Assembly (NCBI GenBank): GCA_001179505.1
Contig: CDMY01000484.1
Location: 1 to 64,000, forward strand
Length of the DNA: 64,000 nucleotides
Direction of reading: 5' to 3'
DNA from: Vitrella brassicaformis CCMP3155
Taxonomy: Eukaryota; Protista; Chromerida
Position numbers and translations under genes: made by a program. Every line of letters starts with the position of its first letter. Positions within the stretch are counted from its first letter, which is position 1. This document shows positions 14,501 through 28,600 of the stretch, one piece after another. Below the pieces are notes generated by a model. It was not told the DNA's origin. It was given only the letters and a program-made list of their open reading frames with translations, and did no database searches.

Positions 14501-14803
14501 ATGCTTGAACGTCTCCTCATTTTCATCTGTGTCTCCTTCATCCCCTTCTTCGTCCTCTTCCGGCTCCTCTCCGAAGAGCGACGACAGTAAGCCTCCCACG
14601 CCTCCCAGGAGATCACTGTCAACGCCAGACACATGAAGAGAAGGCTCCGCCGAAGGGTGCCGGTGTCCACCAAGCCGACGAGGTATCAAGCCAGGTGTCA
14701 CAATACCATGAAGCGCGAGGCCAATGAGCACCAGACCTATCGCCAACGTACTTAGCGACCCCACCACCCTGTGAGGAAAGCTTCTGCTCTGATTCTCCCT
14801 CAT
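11557..14803 (-). CDS. Type II membrane tandem glycosyltransferase: GT64 (EXTL2-like) domain + GT34 (GMA12/MNN10-like) domain
   Basis: N-terminal TM (STLAIGLVLIGLALHGIV) and acidic stem. Spliced GT64 motifs: VTILLTS, LVLLLDDD, RFPDKLVSF, MDCEDVALNWVIA, RPDACLTML. GT34 motifs: RYAALHGY, AKLEAI, EWVVWKDA|DTLFMD, DKDAILTSD, FNSG|VMMWRQSAFSRNFL, NGEQVYL. Confidence 0.8.
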
Positions 14804-16523
14804 CCAGTTGGTTTTCTGCTCGCCCTATCACTGAGCAGAAAAACGCCAGTCGGAGCGACTGCCCTTGTCAACGACTGTCTCACGATAGACACAAACAAAC
14901 GAATGGACGAACGACCGAACGGCGAACGATGAACGAACGCACGAACACACGAACACACTTGACACACCTAGCTGCTGCTCACAACTGGTCTGAATCTGCC
15001 GGTGCCGATGATGGGAATCAAGGACGAAACAACGAAAAACGAACGAAACAACTGCTGCACACGGGATGCCGGCAATCGGCGATGAGGTCAGGATGATTCC
15101 CCCGTGGGCCGTCTTGTGGCGGAGATGACGAGACACGGATCACCTCAGCCGCGGGATGTCCGAACGGACGCTGCAGCAGCCACGATAGAGGGCGGGAGAA
15201 GATGGAAGGTGCCTCTATATGCCGTGTTCTTGAACGCTTTGGCTGTCCAGATCGCCGATGGCACGAAGATGATCAGCACGAAGGGTCATCCGCACGAATC
15301 ATGGCACGCTGCGTGAGATCACGCAGCGCCCTCTCTTCTGACGACTCGCAGCATTCACGGCACAACCGGCCACATGCAGGGTCTCAAGAAGGCACACAAA
15401 CGCGTGATCTCACAAGGCACGAAACTCCAACGAATACTCAGACAGGATACACAGAAGAGGGGGGCGCTACCCTGGGCTACTTGACCGAACGACGCCGAAA
15501 AGCTTTTAACGCCCCCTACATGCATTCTAGCTCGCAGCTCCCGCTTATCTACGCCACAGTCTTGTGTAGGGTTCGTGGGGTTTGTCTGCGGCGATCTTCT
15601 ACGGCGATACTGTAGCGGTGCGGCTGTGATGGCCAAAGACCCCATGATAAGCCAACAGCACACCACATACAGTGCGTGTCTGTCTGATCCGATCTGAGTG
15701 TCCTCTCGATGCATCGATGTGTCCATCCGAGCATCTGTAGCCAGTCAGGGTGTCTAGTGGTAGAATTTGGGTGTGTTCGAGCCCCAGCGGGGTCAGCTGA
15801 GGAACGCATGCGCTCGTGTGGCCAGCCAGGGTTGCCAAGCCTGGCCTATCGGCCTGTGTGTGTCCGTATGGGTGTTGTATGCATGATGACATACACTGTG
15901 CATGGATCCATGCAAGGAGCAATCAATGAAGGGCTGCGCCTTCAGATACACACGTATATGGACACAAGTCTGTCGTCCACACCATGTATCCCATCCGTCA
16001 GTAGTCGCAACACGCGCACCACCATCGATGACCAATCTAGCCATCAGCAGATGGACGATAAGGGAAGAGAGAACCCACTCGCCCACGGCGCAGTCGGGTC
16101 AGGAATGCACACGACGACGCAGTTCGTTTCATGAGAGACCGACAGACTCTGCCTGCCGTTGCGCTATGAGTTAACGTATGTCACACATGCACACGGCGAA
16201 CATGTGCCCACGGCACCATGAAACGCCAGATCTCCGTCGCCATCGTGTGCACCAGGCACCACGATGCTCAGATCCGCCATCCCGGCATGTGCTCCACGCA
16301 CCATGATCAAGACCTCCTCCAGAACGCCTCACAAACGTGGCAGGGACTCATAGATCTGACGGAGAAAGCACTCCGTGCTGTCGGCTGACCTCTCATGGCC
16401 CTCCAGCGCCCTCTCCCTCATCGACGACTAGCCTGCACACCACACAAACACGACCCGCACACAGCCATCGAAGGAGGAAGTACATCTCTCCAACGCTGAC
16501 CGACCACCTCAGCCAGGGAACTA

Positions 16524-18383
16524 CAGTCCGGACCGCGTAAGTGGGTCAGTACACAGCTGGCCCACTTACGCGTCTGACCCGCTTATGCGTACGTACAGAG
16601 CTGACCCACTTATTTTCCAGCGACTTTTGAAGTGATTTCTCGCTGTGAATGAATCACAAGAGCCTCGCAGAAGCCCATTGACTCTTTTTTTTTCTCTTGC
16701 TCAAAGTCACTCAAAACGACGAAAAACCGGTCTGTTCTCTCATTCATTCAATCAGTCCTTGGATGGCTGCGAAAGCCCTTGGATGTCTCCGAATGTTTGA
16801 TTCATCGTTGATCTCCACACACGCCACGCAAAGTGATGCAGCCTGAGTGATTTTGCAAGAAGATTCGTCGTCGACACATGCACTTGGCGTCATCAACGGT
16901 GTCTAAGGGCCCATGATGGCACTAAAGGCTGTCGCGCCATAGCATGTCGCTGCCTATATGATTGGTCCTTGGTTTTGGCCCATCGTATCCACGCTATGTT
17001 TTGATGGTGTTTGATGCGATATTGGCCATGGCTCAGTGCAGTGGGCCGAGCTCCAAGCTACCGTTACACGGTGCTGTAGCTCGCAGTCCTCGCTTGACCA
17101 TGGCGGATATCGCACTACGCCTGGGCATCGTGCACTACGTCACAGGTACAGACACGTACACCGCATGATCTCTACTACACACCCGCACATCGCTCTCCTA
17201 TGTCGGTTGGCTTCAGAGTGCCTTTGGTGCGTATTCGCTGCGTCATGCGGATGGACTGCCATCGTTCGTGGGTCGTAGCTCACTTGTCGGTATGGACCTA
17301 CACTCCACCTACTCGCTGAGCCACGTCCATGCTCCCTTCTGGCTTGTATTGCATCTCATGGTGTGTGCAGGTTGGTTTGTGTGTATCTGTGGTCTTGGTT
17401 GTCGTTTGGGTGCTCGAGACACACTACCTCCGTCTGTTGGTACGCACCTACACGTGTGATGCGGACCATCTGGCTCATCACTCACTGTGTGTCTTTGGTG
17501 GTACAGGGTATCATGTTTCGTTGTGCCTGACGGGCAGTACATCCTGCGGGGTTCGTTATCCATCACGTATGGTACGTTGCCTGCACACACACGCCATCTC
17601 GTGTGGCACCCACCATCCATCTCTCTCTCTCTCTGTGGATGTTTGGCTGGTGGTGCAGGGTGACTGTATGTTGGTCATGGGTTATGTTGGTTGACTGGGA
17701 TGAGCATACAAGTACGTCCCTCGCCCCTCCCCCATACATACACTTGTATGGTCCATCCTCACCTCTGTTGTGTGTGGTTGGTGTCATGTGTGTGGTATGG
17801 TGGTGGTGCAGTTTTGCGTCGTGACATTCGTTGGACTTCTGCGTGTTATTCACTACACGGTGTTGGTGACCGTTGATCGTTACGTCAGCCTTTCGGCACT
17901 CCCGAAACGTTCACTCACCGGCACACACATCGACTATACCGATTTCGACAAAGGCATGAACAGCAAGCATAACAGGAAGCAAATCACATAAATCATGCCG
18001 CCCCGCCGCCTGCAGCNNNNNNNNNNNNNNNNNNNNNNNNNNNNNNNNNNNNNNNNNNNNNNNNNNNNNNNNNNNNNNNNNNNNNNNNNNNNNNNNNNNN
18101 NNNNNNNNNNNNNNNNNNNNNNNNNNNNNNNNNNNNNNNNNNNNNNNNNNNNNNNNNNNNNNNNNNNNNNNNNNNNNNNNNNNNNNNNNNNNNNNNNNNN
18201 NNNNNNNNNNNNNNNNNNNNNNNNNNNNNNNNNNNNNNNNNNNNNNNNNNNNNNNNNNNNNNNNNNNNNNNNNNNNNNNNNNNNNNNNNNNNNNNNNNNN
18301 NNNNNNNNNNNNNNNNCAGCCCTGCTGGCCCACATACGCAATTGACCCGCTTATGCGGTGACCCACTTACGCGGTCCGGACTG
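16524..18383. mobile_element. Tc1/mariner/pogo-type TIR DNA transposon, probably non-autonomous or with transposase hidden in the gap
   Basis: Perfect 25-bp TIR CAGTCCGGACCGCGTAAGTGGGTCA at 16524-16548 and its reverse complement at 18359-18383, with TA at 16522-16523 and 18384-18385. Subterminal repeats (tgaccc(a/g)ctta, ggcccac(t/a)tacgc) at both ends. N-gap at 18017-18316. Confidence 0.8.
18017..18316. other. Assembly gap (300 N)
   Basis: Run of N. Confidence 1.
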
Positions 18384-20087
18384 TACCCCAGCACGACGCC
18401 TCGCGCCCAGACCAAGCCAGATCCTTCATTACCACCACGCCGACGGTGCCTTCCGGCCTCCGCCACCACGTGTCCACCACGAGATGGTCCATCTCGGTCA
18501 CCACCGGCGCTTCATACCTCAGATCTGGCTTGCTGCCTCAGCCTCACGTGCCTGCCTTGGTGGTGGTTGGGTCCGTCATGTGTGTATTACCGTATGGGTG
18601 TCAGGTTCGTGACGACGGGGAGAGCCTCCAGGCGCCAGCCAGCGAGCAGGTCCTCACCGATGCCGACAAAACCAACAAAGCTTTGAAGGAAATCGAACGA
18701 AGTCAGAAGGTCCACGCAAAGCCGACGAATGCGCACGAAATGGATGGATGGATTCCGGCTAATTATGCAAGCTATGATCTACACAAACTCGGCTAGGCTG
18801 AGGCACGCTAAGCCCTCAACTGAGCCCCCAGTCTTCGCACTTCTCTGGACACTCCTTCTCCTGACAAGGCGGCTGCGTCAGCATCAGCAGTCCCTCGCCA
18901 CTGCAGCGACGCCACACGCCATCCGGTCCGTATCCTTGCCAGTGCGACAGCCATCAGCACGCCAACCAGAGCGCACAAGGCTCGCCAGAGACAGATGGAC
19001 AGATGGACCCTCCTGGCACCCACCAGGTGACTTCAGTGAGGAAGATGGGTGTGCACGTGCGCTGAGGACACCCGCTGTATATCCTTGCTGGCAGGGGAAA
19101 GGCAGCCGCTCAGCAGCTTGCTTTCCCCGTCCTCCCGAGCAGCCTGCGGGATGCCACGAGGGTGGGCACTCTTCCTGTGAGTGGGTGCGTCAAGGACACG
19201 GGTGGACCGGTCGGTACGTGCGCCATTGCAAGCACCACATCGGCTCATGCACGTCTGCATGCAGCCTCCCGTGCTCCTTGATGTGTGTGTGCGTCTTGCA
19301 GCCATGGCTGACAGTGTCAAGCCGGCGAGAACGACAAGAAGAGGCGGTATTTGCAATGCTCTCGAGGCCAATGCAAAGGGTGGGCCAACAGGTGCACGAA
19401 TGCACGCTGGTTGCATATGAAGGCCGTCGCCTCACACCGATGTCTTCGAGTGCGATATCGAGTATCGAGTATCGCGATCGGCGAAGCTTCCTTCGTCCGT
19501 TTTCCGACCAACCCAACCCGTTGAACTTTTCCCTGTGATATATATATTCAGTGTTTCTGGCCACTCCCAGCCCTTCGGTCGTCTGTAGCCTTCACTCCTA
19601 TCAGCTGCAAGCCTATCTAGTCGACCACTTTGAAGGATGCAAGTTCCCTTCTCGGTCGGGCTGTCGGGACTCGCCACGCATTCGCCGCTCCGCGCTCCAT
19701 CTGCCACGCTCCTCCGAAACACCGTCAAGAATGGATAGATTGTATCCGGATTTCCTGGGAACACATACAGCCACATATATGCATGCATGACAACAATTCA
19801 ATTCATCTGTGTTTTTCTTGGTGTGCCTACATTTCCTTCTTCTACGCCGTTCTCCTTCCACATCGTTCACAATGCATCCACGGATGGATGGATGGATGGA
19901 GAGTTATTGGATGGACGGAGGCATGCACGCGCATGGTGAGTGATTGAATGAAGAGGCATGCAGATGCGAAGCCCCAATAATGGAAAGCCAAATTAGATGT
20001 GGAGACGCACAATCTTACCCTTAACCACACCACAAAATCAAAGCAGCAGCGGTTTCACGAAATGTCATTCATTCATTCGGCGTCGTC

Positions 20088-21500
20088 ATGAACACACCAG
20101 GCATTCATTCGGACGAAGCGAGCAGCACTGCAGAACACCCTGCAGAGACCAGGGCGGCGACTCCGGCTCATCAAGGTTTTCCTTGGCTACCCCTGGGTTT
20201 CACAGAAGCGCGGGGAAAAAGGCGCCGGCGCCCTCCTTGTTACTTGCCGGGCTGCGAGCGGTGTGGTGTGTCGGGTTTATGTTTGTGGGGGTGCGTGTAC
20301 GCGTCTATCTTACATGCTCAGTGTCCGTGTCGTGTGTGCATAGGTCGGATCTTGTCTTCCTCAGTCTAAACACACACCAGACCTTGAATCGAAGTTCACT
20401 GGAAGTCACCAGCAGACCAGACGTACCTCTTGTTGTTACGGCACACACCAGACCATGCGACACTGACCGGCGGCCGGAGAGCGTCATCAGTGGTGGCCGT
20501 TGCGGCTTCACTTTCCCGTATATGCTGACATCTTCGCTGACTTTCTCTTTCATTAGCGCCTCTGTTCTGCTCTATTTCGCTGTATTCTCTGGACGACACA
20601 AGAAGCTGAGCAGCGAAAGACGGCGTTTGGTCTCTTCATCTTCTGGCGGTGTTGCTGCCAACAATGGCAATGAAACGCTCTCCAGTGACGTTCCGCTGAT
20701 GTCGTTCCACGATATGGTGTCCTATCTTGACGGTGTGATGGCGTCTGTTGAGAGTCGCTCCCGAAGAGTGGGAGCGAAAAGATGGTACCCATCTTCCACA
20801 TTATTAATTCATACCTGACAAAGCAGCGAAATTTCGCGACTGACGATGCCGTCATAGCAGAGCGAAACGGGTTGGCGAGACAGCTGGCGTATACATTGGG
20901 AGCGCACGAAATGAAAATCCGGCACAGCTGACGTGCTTTGAGGGAGAAGCGGGATGTGTCACGCTATGAGGCCCTCAAAAGGGAGGAAGGTACTTCTTTG
21001 CCCTGACACTCAGGAACGCGGAAGAATCACTGGAAGAGCTGGTGCTGCAGGTGCTCGACGTCATCGACTTTCTGGGGCCCGGTAATGTCTATTTGTCCAT
21101 TTATGAGAAAAGCAGCGAAGACCATTCGAAGGACTTTCTGGTCGGCATGGACCTTCTCCTCACTCTGTTCCATGCGCATCATGGCATCGTAACTGACACT
21201 GAGGGGCGACCATCCGACGTCAACGCAGTCGAGTACCTCGCCAAAAAGCGCAACAGGGCGCTCGAGCCTTTGATGGATGGAAACAGCGGTCCATTCGACA
21301 GGGTGGTCATCCTGGATGGCCTCGTTCTTGAGTTGCTACACGAGGCTAGCACGCAGGGGGCTGACATGGCGTGCGGCACCGACTTCCGATTGCTAGAGGG
21401 CGAGAATGAGAAAAGGCGTCGTCTTGGATTCGCATGCGCTACACGGATGTGGCGAGAGCGCGAGACTCTGAAACAGGGAGCTGGACCAAAAGGACAAATA
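20088..21500 (+). pseudogene. GT69 (CAP59/CMT1-like mannosyltransferase) gene, apparently degenerate
   Basis: GRYFFALTLRNAEE..VLDVIDFLGPGNVYLSIYE..YLAKKRNRALEPL..FDRVVIL..GADMACGTDF follows the CAP59-type pattern; TM segment at ~20530-20590. The usual ND-V segment is missing (reads LDGLVLELL), an in-frame TGA lies just upstream of GPQKGGRYFF, and the next YTDVARARD segment is in another frame. Start uncertain. Confidence 0.6.
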
Positions 21501-23123
21501 TGTGCAGTGAGCTGTGTGTAGACAGCGTGCGTGTGCGTGCGCGCGTGCGTGTGTGTGTACACGTCTCGCGTGTTGTTTCGCTTATCCGCATGCTCGCATG
21601 CTACTCAGGTTCCTGCTCAAGTGTATCTCACATCGAGTAGTCTTGAGGGTCTTGGTCTTCCGGCGTCGCTCTTGTCATCGTCTTTCTACTCTGCGTTTGC
21701 GCGAGCGCACCAGCCAGGTCTGTGCATTCAAGCCAAGCTCCCGCACAGCCTTAAGTGTGCGGGGGTTGCCGTCCCTGTCGATGTAACGTGAGGGCTGTTA
21801 GTTGTAACCCAACCGCCTCTTGGTCGGGGATTGCTGGGGTCTTGAGCAAGCTCATGACCAAATGCTCACTGAGACGACCGTGCAGGAGACCTATGAGAAG
21901 AGATAAGCCAAAGAAGCAGACGTGACGGATGCATTAAATGTGCCTATCTGCAGAATGCGAAGAATCTGGCGTGAGTTTCCCTGTGACCTGCGATAGAGAA
22001 GAGGCGCCGAAGTGACGCGAGTGCATCGGTAGACGAAAATGAGGCAGACAAACAGAATAAGTGCTATACTTGGGCCTCACGGGGACGGATTTGTCGAAGA
22101 CCGGCTTGCGTTGGATTTGCTGCTCATTCAGATTCAGTGTTTAAGTCTGTTACACTTGGGCAAGTCTTGGGGCAGCACATTGAATTCGCTTTCTTCGCAA
22201 ACGGACTTTTTCTCAACGTGAAACGGACTTTTGTGATGATCGAGTTCATTGAATGAATGGATTCGAACATGCATTCACCCAACACATGAATGCGATCAGT
22301 CACATGCTATCTACACCGCCTTCTCCTGTCAGTCATCCGACTTGTCTGCGCTTCCCATTCTCCACCCGTCGCCGCTGCTGCTGCCGACGATGCTCCTCCG
22401 TGCCGTCCTCCTCCTCCTCTGCCTCTGCCTGCAGTCCTCGCCTTGGCCTTCGACGCTGCTGCCCTTGCTTTCTGCTTGACTGTATTCTTCTGCTTGACAT
22501 TCTGACGACGCCGCCCCGTGCAGAGGGTGTGTATTGGATATTCGAGAAGGGCATCCTCCTCATAGATCCATCCATGGGCCCTCGGGACATTGCAACTGAC
22601 CGGGTCAGGCTATAAACAACGAACGGGGAGATCCATGGGTGGGTCCATATTGTGTGTGTGATCTGCAGGTGGCTGACATGATTGGATTGGTGACCTACCC
22701 GACGGCGAGAACCCAGTGAGGCAATGGATTCGCGAGGCCATGGTGTGCTGGAAGGGCCTGACAGCGTGCCCGACACAGCTCTCCATAACCGACGGCGCAC
22801 ATGGTGTTGCGTCATGGGGCGTCATTCACGTAGCCACGCTCACCATCACAAGCACAAGACACGTCGTGATATACTCAAGCAGGCGGCGGCGATGAAAACC
22901 AGCGACAGCGTCGGCAGCGATAGCTGCGGATGTCAGCAAGGCGAATAGCACATCCATCCAGCCATGTGCGTGTGTCAGCTTCGCCGCGTGTCTGTCAGAT
23001 CAGTTGAAGACGTTGTATACTTTGAACCAGCGCTTCAGCGAGGCCACGCTCGAATTCATCACCAAGCAGCAGCTGACGGCCGTCAGCGAAGCAAGACCGT
23101 CTTCAAGGGCGTCCCCAGCAGCG

Positions 23124-23230
23124 TATTATTATTATTATTATTATTATATATATTTATATTATTATTATTATTATTAATTTTCTTTCCTTTCTTCTTCTTC
23201 TTCTGCTTCTTCTTCTTTTTCTTTTTTTTG
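23124..23230. repeat. Compound microsatellite (TTA)n-(TTC)n-polyT
   Basis: Seen directly. Confidence 0.9.
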
Positions 23231-25682
23231 TGTTTGGAACTGAAGCGTGACACATGTACAAATATACACAGTCGCCTTCTGCGTCTGCATCACAGCTAGC
23301 CATAGCCGAACGAAAGGGACACACGCATGACATGCAGAGAGAGAGAGAGAGACTCGGAAGCAATAGCTCGGAAGCGAGTGCAGAGGGCGTGGATGCTTAC
23401 TGATTGTTTTTCGTTGTCGATGTTATGTGGTGACCTTGTGTTTCTGAGTGACCAGTCGACTTGAGATTGCATCCACGTATGCACGCACGGTTCTTATCCT
23501 ACATTCAGGCACACACCCATCACTCAATCCTACTCATCTCTCTCTACCTAGTCTACGGACTCAGGGCAGGGGCGCTGCTCCAGCAGCGGCCGTCGCAATG
23601 GGTGCTGGCACGTGTGCTGGCACGTAAATACAGACGTGCAGAGATGGGAAGATGCGGCACCAAAGGAAATGCACATCATATGCCTGTACCGTTCATGACT
23701 GACCCCCATAGACCTCCTGTGCTCCCTTGCCACCACTGTTTCGTACGTTACTGGAGGCAGCACTGCTCCCCACTCATGAGCCGGCAAAGGCAGCTGCTGA
23801 CGTCAGCGCTCCCCGACGCCGACGAGCTCCGCGGCAAACACGGATGCGCGGTGCCTGGCGGGGCATGGTGGTGCGAGGTGGCGAGGGCTGGTGTCTCCTG
23901 AGCCGCTGGCGGTGGGCTGGGTCAGGCCGCTGCCGAGTGCCAGTCCTTTGTCGATGGCAGCCTTGAGCTGTTTGGTGTGCGCCCGGAGCTCCGGCAGGGA
24001 GGCCGGCTCTGGTCCCTCCCCTGGCCCTCCCTCCCTACCAACGTGCGTGCGCCATCTATGGAGCTGCTGGCCACACCGTGTGCGCTATCTGAATATGTTC
24101 ACAAACCAGCAGGGAGATGGGAGATGCGCTGCACGTGGTGACAACTGAATTCAGCCGCTGAAGCGTGCGCTGGCCAATCACAGCCGACCGCTACAGACCC
24201 ATTCGGAGATCCTGATGGCTCATCTGAGCCAATGAATGGCCAACCTGAGCGGACACGCACACACAGAGCGAGGAAGCGGTGAGGGCTGTGTCGGTGAAGC
24301 ATCTCCGTTGCAGACATCCATGCTCGAACGCGTGTGCACACGAGATCTATCTGATCTGACGCCAGCCACGCGGATACGAACGATGTGAGATACACACTGC
24401 AGAATGCGGCTCATCTGTTTGATTGCCTTTCCCGTGTGTATGACACATACAGAAGGGAGACACGGCACTCCATAAGGCTGCATACGGTGGCCAATTTGCA
24501 GTTGTGTCTCAGCTGTGAGCGACACAGTTGAATGACGCCAATGTCTCATCCACTCTCTCTCTCTCTCTCCCTCTGTCTCTGTGTGTGTGTGTGTGTGCGT
24601 GTGTGTGTGTCATTCTCAAAGGCTCGAATGCGGCGGCGGTGCTCTGCTGGACATCAGAAACAATGATGTGAGTGACGGCTAAACGAACGCACAGAAAGGC
24701 TGCTTGCAAGTGAGACTTCATCGAGCACACTCAACGCCGCCCCCAAATTTGTCACGCCATAAGATGCTTGCGTATTGCTATAGCTCTGTTGCAGCTGGTC
24801 CGCCGCTCCTCGCCTCTGTTTGTGTCGCACCAGTAGCGATGGGAAACTGTGATGTAGTATGTATCTGTCTAACATTCTCTATGTCGCCTTCTTATGGCCT
24901 TGAACTTTCTTCTTTTTCCTTTCTGGTCGCGTCCCTCCCTCTCTCCCTCCCTCCTTCCCTGTCTGTCTCCCTTAATGCCTCTCTTTATGCTTCCCTTCTT
25001 ATCGACTTTTCCTGCCTGCCACGCTCTGTGCCTCCCTTTTTATTTTTGGTGTCGCGCACGTCTCAAGTGGTGGGTTTCTTTTGCAGAAACAACGCTTAGG
25101 AAGAAATCCATCGTCAGATCTATTTTCGTTGCGCTTGAAGCCGACTCCAAAGGCAAATTAGGGCCGCGCCAGTGTTCCGCTCAACATCTGGCTCTGACGA
25201 GGGGAGGGGGAAGATTGCGACAAACAGAAGCCCAGAAAAACCCTGAAAAGCATGAGTCTGAGATCTGTTGGTCGACGTGCTTCTGACCCGCTCACACGTC
25301 CTTAATGTATCATAATCAGTGTCCGAACGAAGATCGATTCGCGCCTTCTGGCACATCCAATCGCATGTAAAGTACTCAGACACATAGCCGTAGCGGGATC
25401 GCCCTCATGCGCTTTCTCCTCGATCAGATATCCCCGAAGCACAAATCAGTGTGGCGAAAATCTCCTTGCTCCCTGGGATAGCCCGTCTTGTGCGTTTTGT
25501 CCGGTTGTTCTTCGATGTCTGGACAAACAGACCCGCCAGTACACAGACAGAAGTTTACCATGTTTCCCTGCGACGCACCGAAAACGGCCATTGATACCAA
25601 GTCACGAGAGATTTTCAGAAATAACGGTATGCGTCCGAGTAACGGTCCCATACGTAGTCATACTCAGGCCCAGTGTACATAC

Positions 25683-28600
25683 ATGATGCCAGAAGTATTT
25701 GTTGTCCAGCCTTTGGTTATTGCGTCCTTCGTGCTGGTATCGCCTGTGCTATCAGCGTCACCTGTAATCAGGAAGCGACACCAGGGAGACGACAACAAGA
25801 AAGGTGAGCTAGTAAGAGAGGCGGCCACTCAATCAGCGGCCGCATGTGTTGAGCGTTTCGGCTGTCTTTGTATGCAGCCCCCCTGCTCCCCCTCTGTGTT
25901 CCTTCTGATCCGTCGTTTGCGGGCAGAAGGTTCGCCGTGTGCCATGAAGACGGGTCCCTGTTCTTGCCCGAACCGCGTCCTGCAGTCCGGCTGTCTGTCT
26001 CTTCCACGTCACATCCCCCTTACGAGAGGCACCCGTATCCGACATTCTATCTCAGTGGCTCAACATCTAACGCTACCTTCGACTTGGTCAATGAGAGTCC
26101 TGAGAGGTCGTCAGGCAGGCTCTATCCCAAACTGGAGGGCGACGCGGAGGCCTTCACCATTTCTGTGTCTGGGAGGGATAATCACTTTATCGAGGACATC
26201 AAGCCAAATCAGGTTGCCAACATCACTGTCAGATGGAACGGCGGTCAGACTCGAGAGGGAGAGGGGACTGGACAGGATGATCGCGAACAAGGGCCGAGGA
26301 CCAATGTTGCCTTCCTTCGCATTTCGAGAGACGTGCGTGAGTGAGGCTGACCTGGATAGAATTATCGATTTGTCTTCCCTTTGTTGGCGCATCTTCTCGG
26401 CATCAGGTGTGGGTGCTTCTTATAGGAAGAATTCAGCCTCCACCAATGAGGCCGACAGGTTTCTCAGAGATCGGCCTTCCTCGTGGAGAATCCCTACCTG
26501 CCTTCCTCGACAACCTGGTGGCGGTCGGCAACACGGAAGCGCGGGAGCCTTTGGCAGCGCTTCGTGCATCCATCGAACGAATTGTCGTGGTAGGAACATC
26601 GTCACCTGCAACCGAGGTACGCTGACAGAGTCAGCTGGACCCTCATCTCGATGGCCTTCCATCGCTGTGTGTCCTTTTCTCGGTCAAGTATTCACCTGTT
26701 CCCCGTCGTCCCAGCAAGGTTATGGTGCCAGATGCCGTCCTCGCAGCCCTTGTTCCTCGCGACTCGCCGCCAGTCTTTCTAGCACCGGACACCCTCCTTC
26801 ATCCTGTCATGACTGTCCACAGGGTCGCAGTGGATTATGACGGCGATGGCCAGGAGGCACTTCTACTTGACGTAAAAGATGCGACTAATTTCAATCGACG
26901 GTTCGTGCGCACCGTGTGACTCGACCGCCTGTCTGCCTTGTAGGCCACTGGATCGCATACGCACGAGTGGGGGGGAAGGGTCACACGGTACATATTCGAG
27001 GTCGACGGAAGTGTTCAAGAGGAGACTGTAAGCGGAGAGGCACCGGTGGTCGAATGTGAGAAGGTTCGGCTTCTCGTTCTGTTGCAGGAATGCCCTGAAG
27101 ATGAGAAAAACTGCGTGCGGGAGTTGTTTCCATCACTTAGCATCGGTGAGCACACGTCAAGGTTGACCATTGGAGACCAAGAAGGGCGTTTGCTATCCGG
27201 AGAGGACCACGTCGTCCAAGTCACGACGATAGATGAGGTCCCGGGCTGTGCTCTCTCACTGTATCCCGCGGACACGGGCAAAGACACTGTGTCGGAGTGG
27301 CTGCATAGCAATGCCGGGGCTCTCATTTCTGATCCATTGCACCAGAAAGAAGAGGCCCTGCGGCCTCAGTGGGTGACCGCCAGTATCACAGCTGCTGGCG
27401 ACGGGCGAGACCCAGACGCCCCGCAACCATACGAATCGTGCCGGATCGTGCCCGATCGAGCGGATTCCTATCTTGATTCACAATTCAAGGAACATATGAT
27501 CATACGGGCCATGGTCGGAAGTGGGAGGAACGACAGATGTTAGGCGTCATTTCTCACATGGTCGTACTCTCTACTGCTGGCCTCTGTGTCAGGGAACGAT
27601 CGAAATACTCGATGACGGGTCCCTTGACTCGATGAAGCTGGATGTGAAAGGAGGGGATGACGTGGCGGTGTGGATCAATGGCAAGGAAACACAGCTCGCC
27701 AATGACACTCGAACGATCCACCTGTCTCGGCCCGACAAAAAGGATTACGACAAGCGAGTGAGTTTCGAGGTCCGGTGGCTTGTGGGGGAGGCGGGATCGT
27801 CGCCAGATGGCGTGCGGCTTGAGGTCAAAGGAAAGAATCGTTGGTACATGACCCACGGCCAGCTTGACTGGCCGCCTTTCATCAATAAGGTAACTCCAGA
27901 TGTGATGTCCCCGAACGGTGGGCAAGAAATGATTATTCATGGAGTAGGCTTCCTCAATCCAAAGGTATGAAGGTATTTCCTTTTGACACGCTAACCACAA
28001 AGCAATACTCGTTGCTGCGCCTCCTTCTGTTCAGAGTTTAAAGACTGCGAAGCTCCTCCTGAGTGGCCGTATGGTGAAAAGAGACGAAGTGCCAGACGGT
28101 GGCAGAGCTGAGGCAGGAGTGCTGGAGTGGAGCGGCACACAAATCACGTACCGAACACATCAGGTCAGACTCCACTTATACAAAGGGTGGGTCGCCGTCC
28201 TATTGTCTTTTTCTCTTACAGATTGACGAGACCGGTTTGAGTCACCTTCAAGTCGAGACAAGCAGCGGGATATCCAATGCGTACCCCGTGAAAGTCTCGG
28301 CGGCTGGGCAAATGGACGACATCAAGTACAAGTCGCCAAAAACACTTCTCAGGGGACTTTTTAGTTTTGTGGATCGGCACGCAGCTCAGCAGGAGGAGAG
28401 CAGGATCCTTGATCGATTATTTGACGAAGAACGGTCTGGTGGAGAACAGAACACTCGGGCAGAATGGCAAAAAAAGAGAGATGCCGTTGTGGGTGGCTTC
28501 GGATTGAGAGGTGCATGGGGTCCTGATGCGAAGACCTTCTACGTAGGGACAGCTGATGGAAATCTCATGAGTGTGAGATTCACGGCCAACGACGAGATAG

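Noticed and set aside
17911-18469. ORF-track entries spanning N runs (also 32290-33173 and 43162-44103)
   Set aside because: Lengths are artefacts of the gaps.
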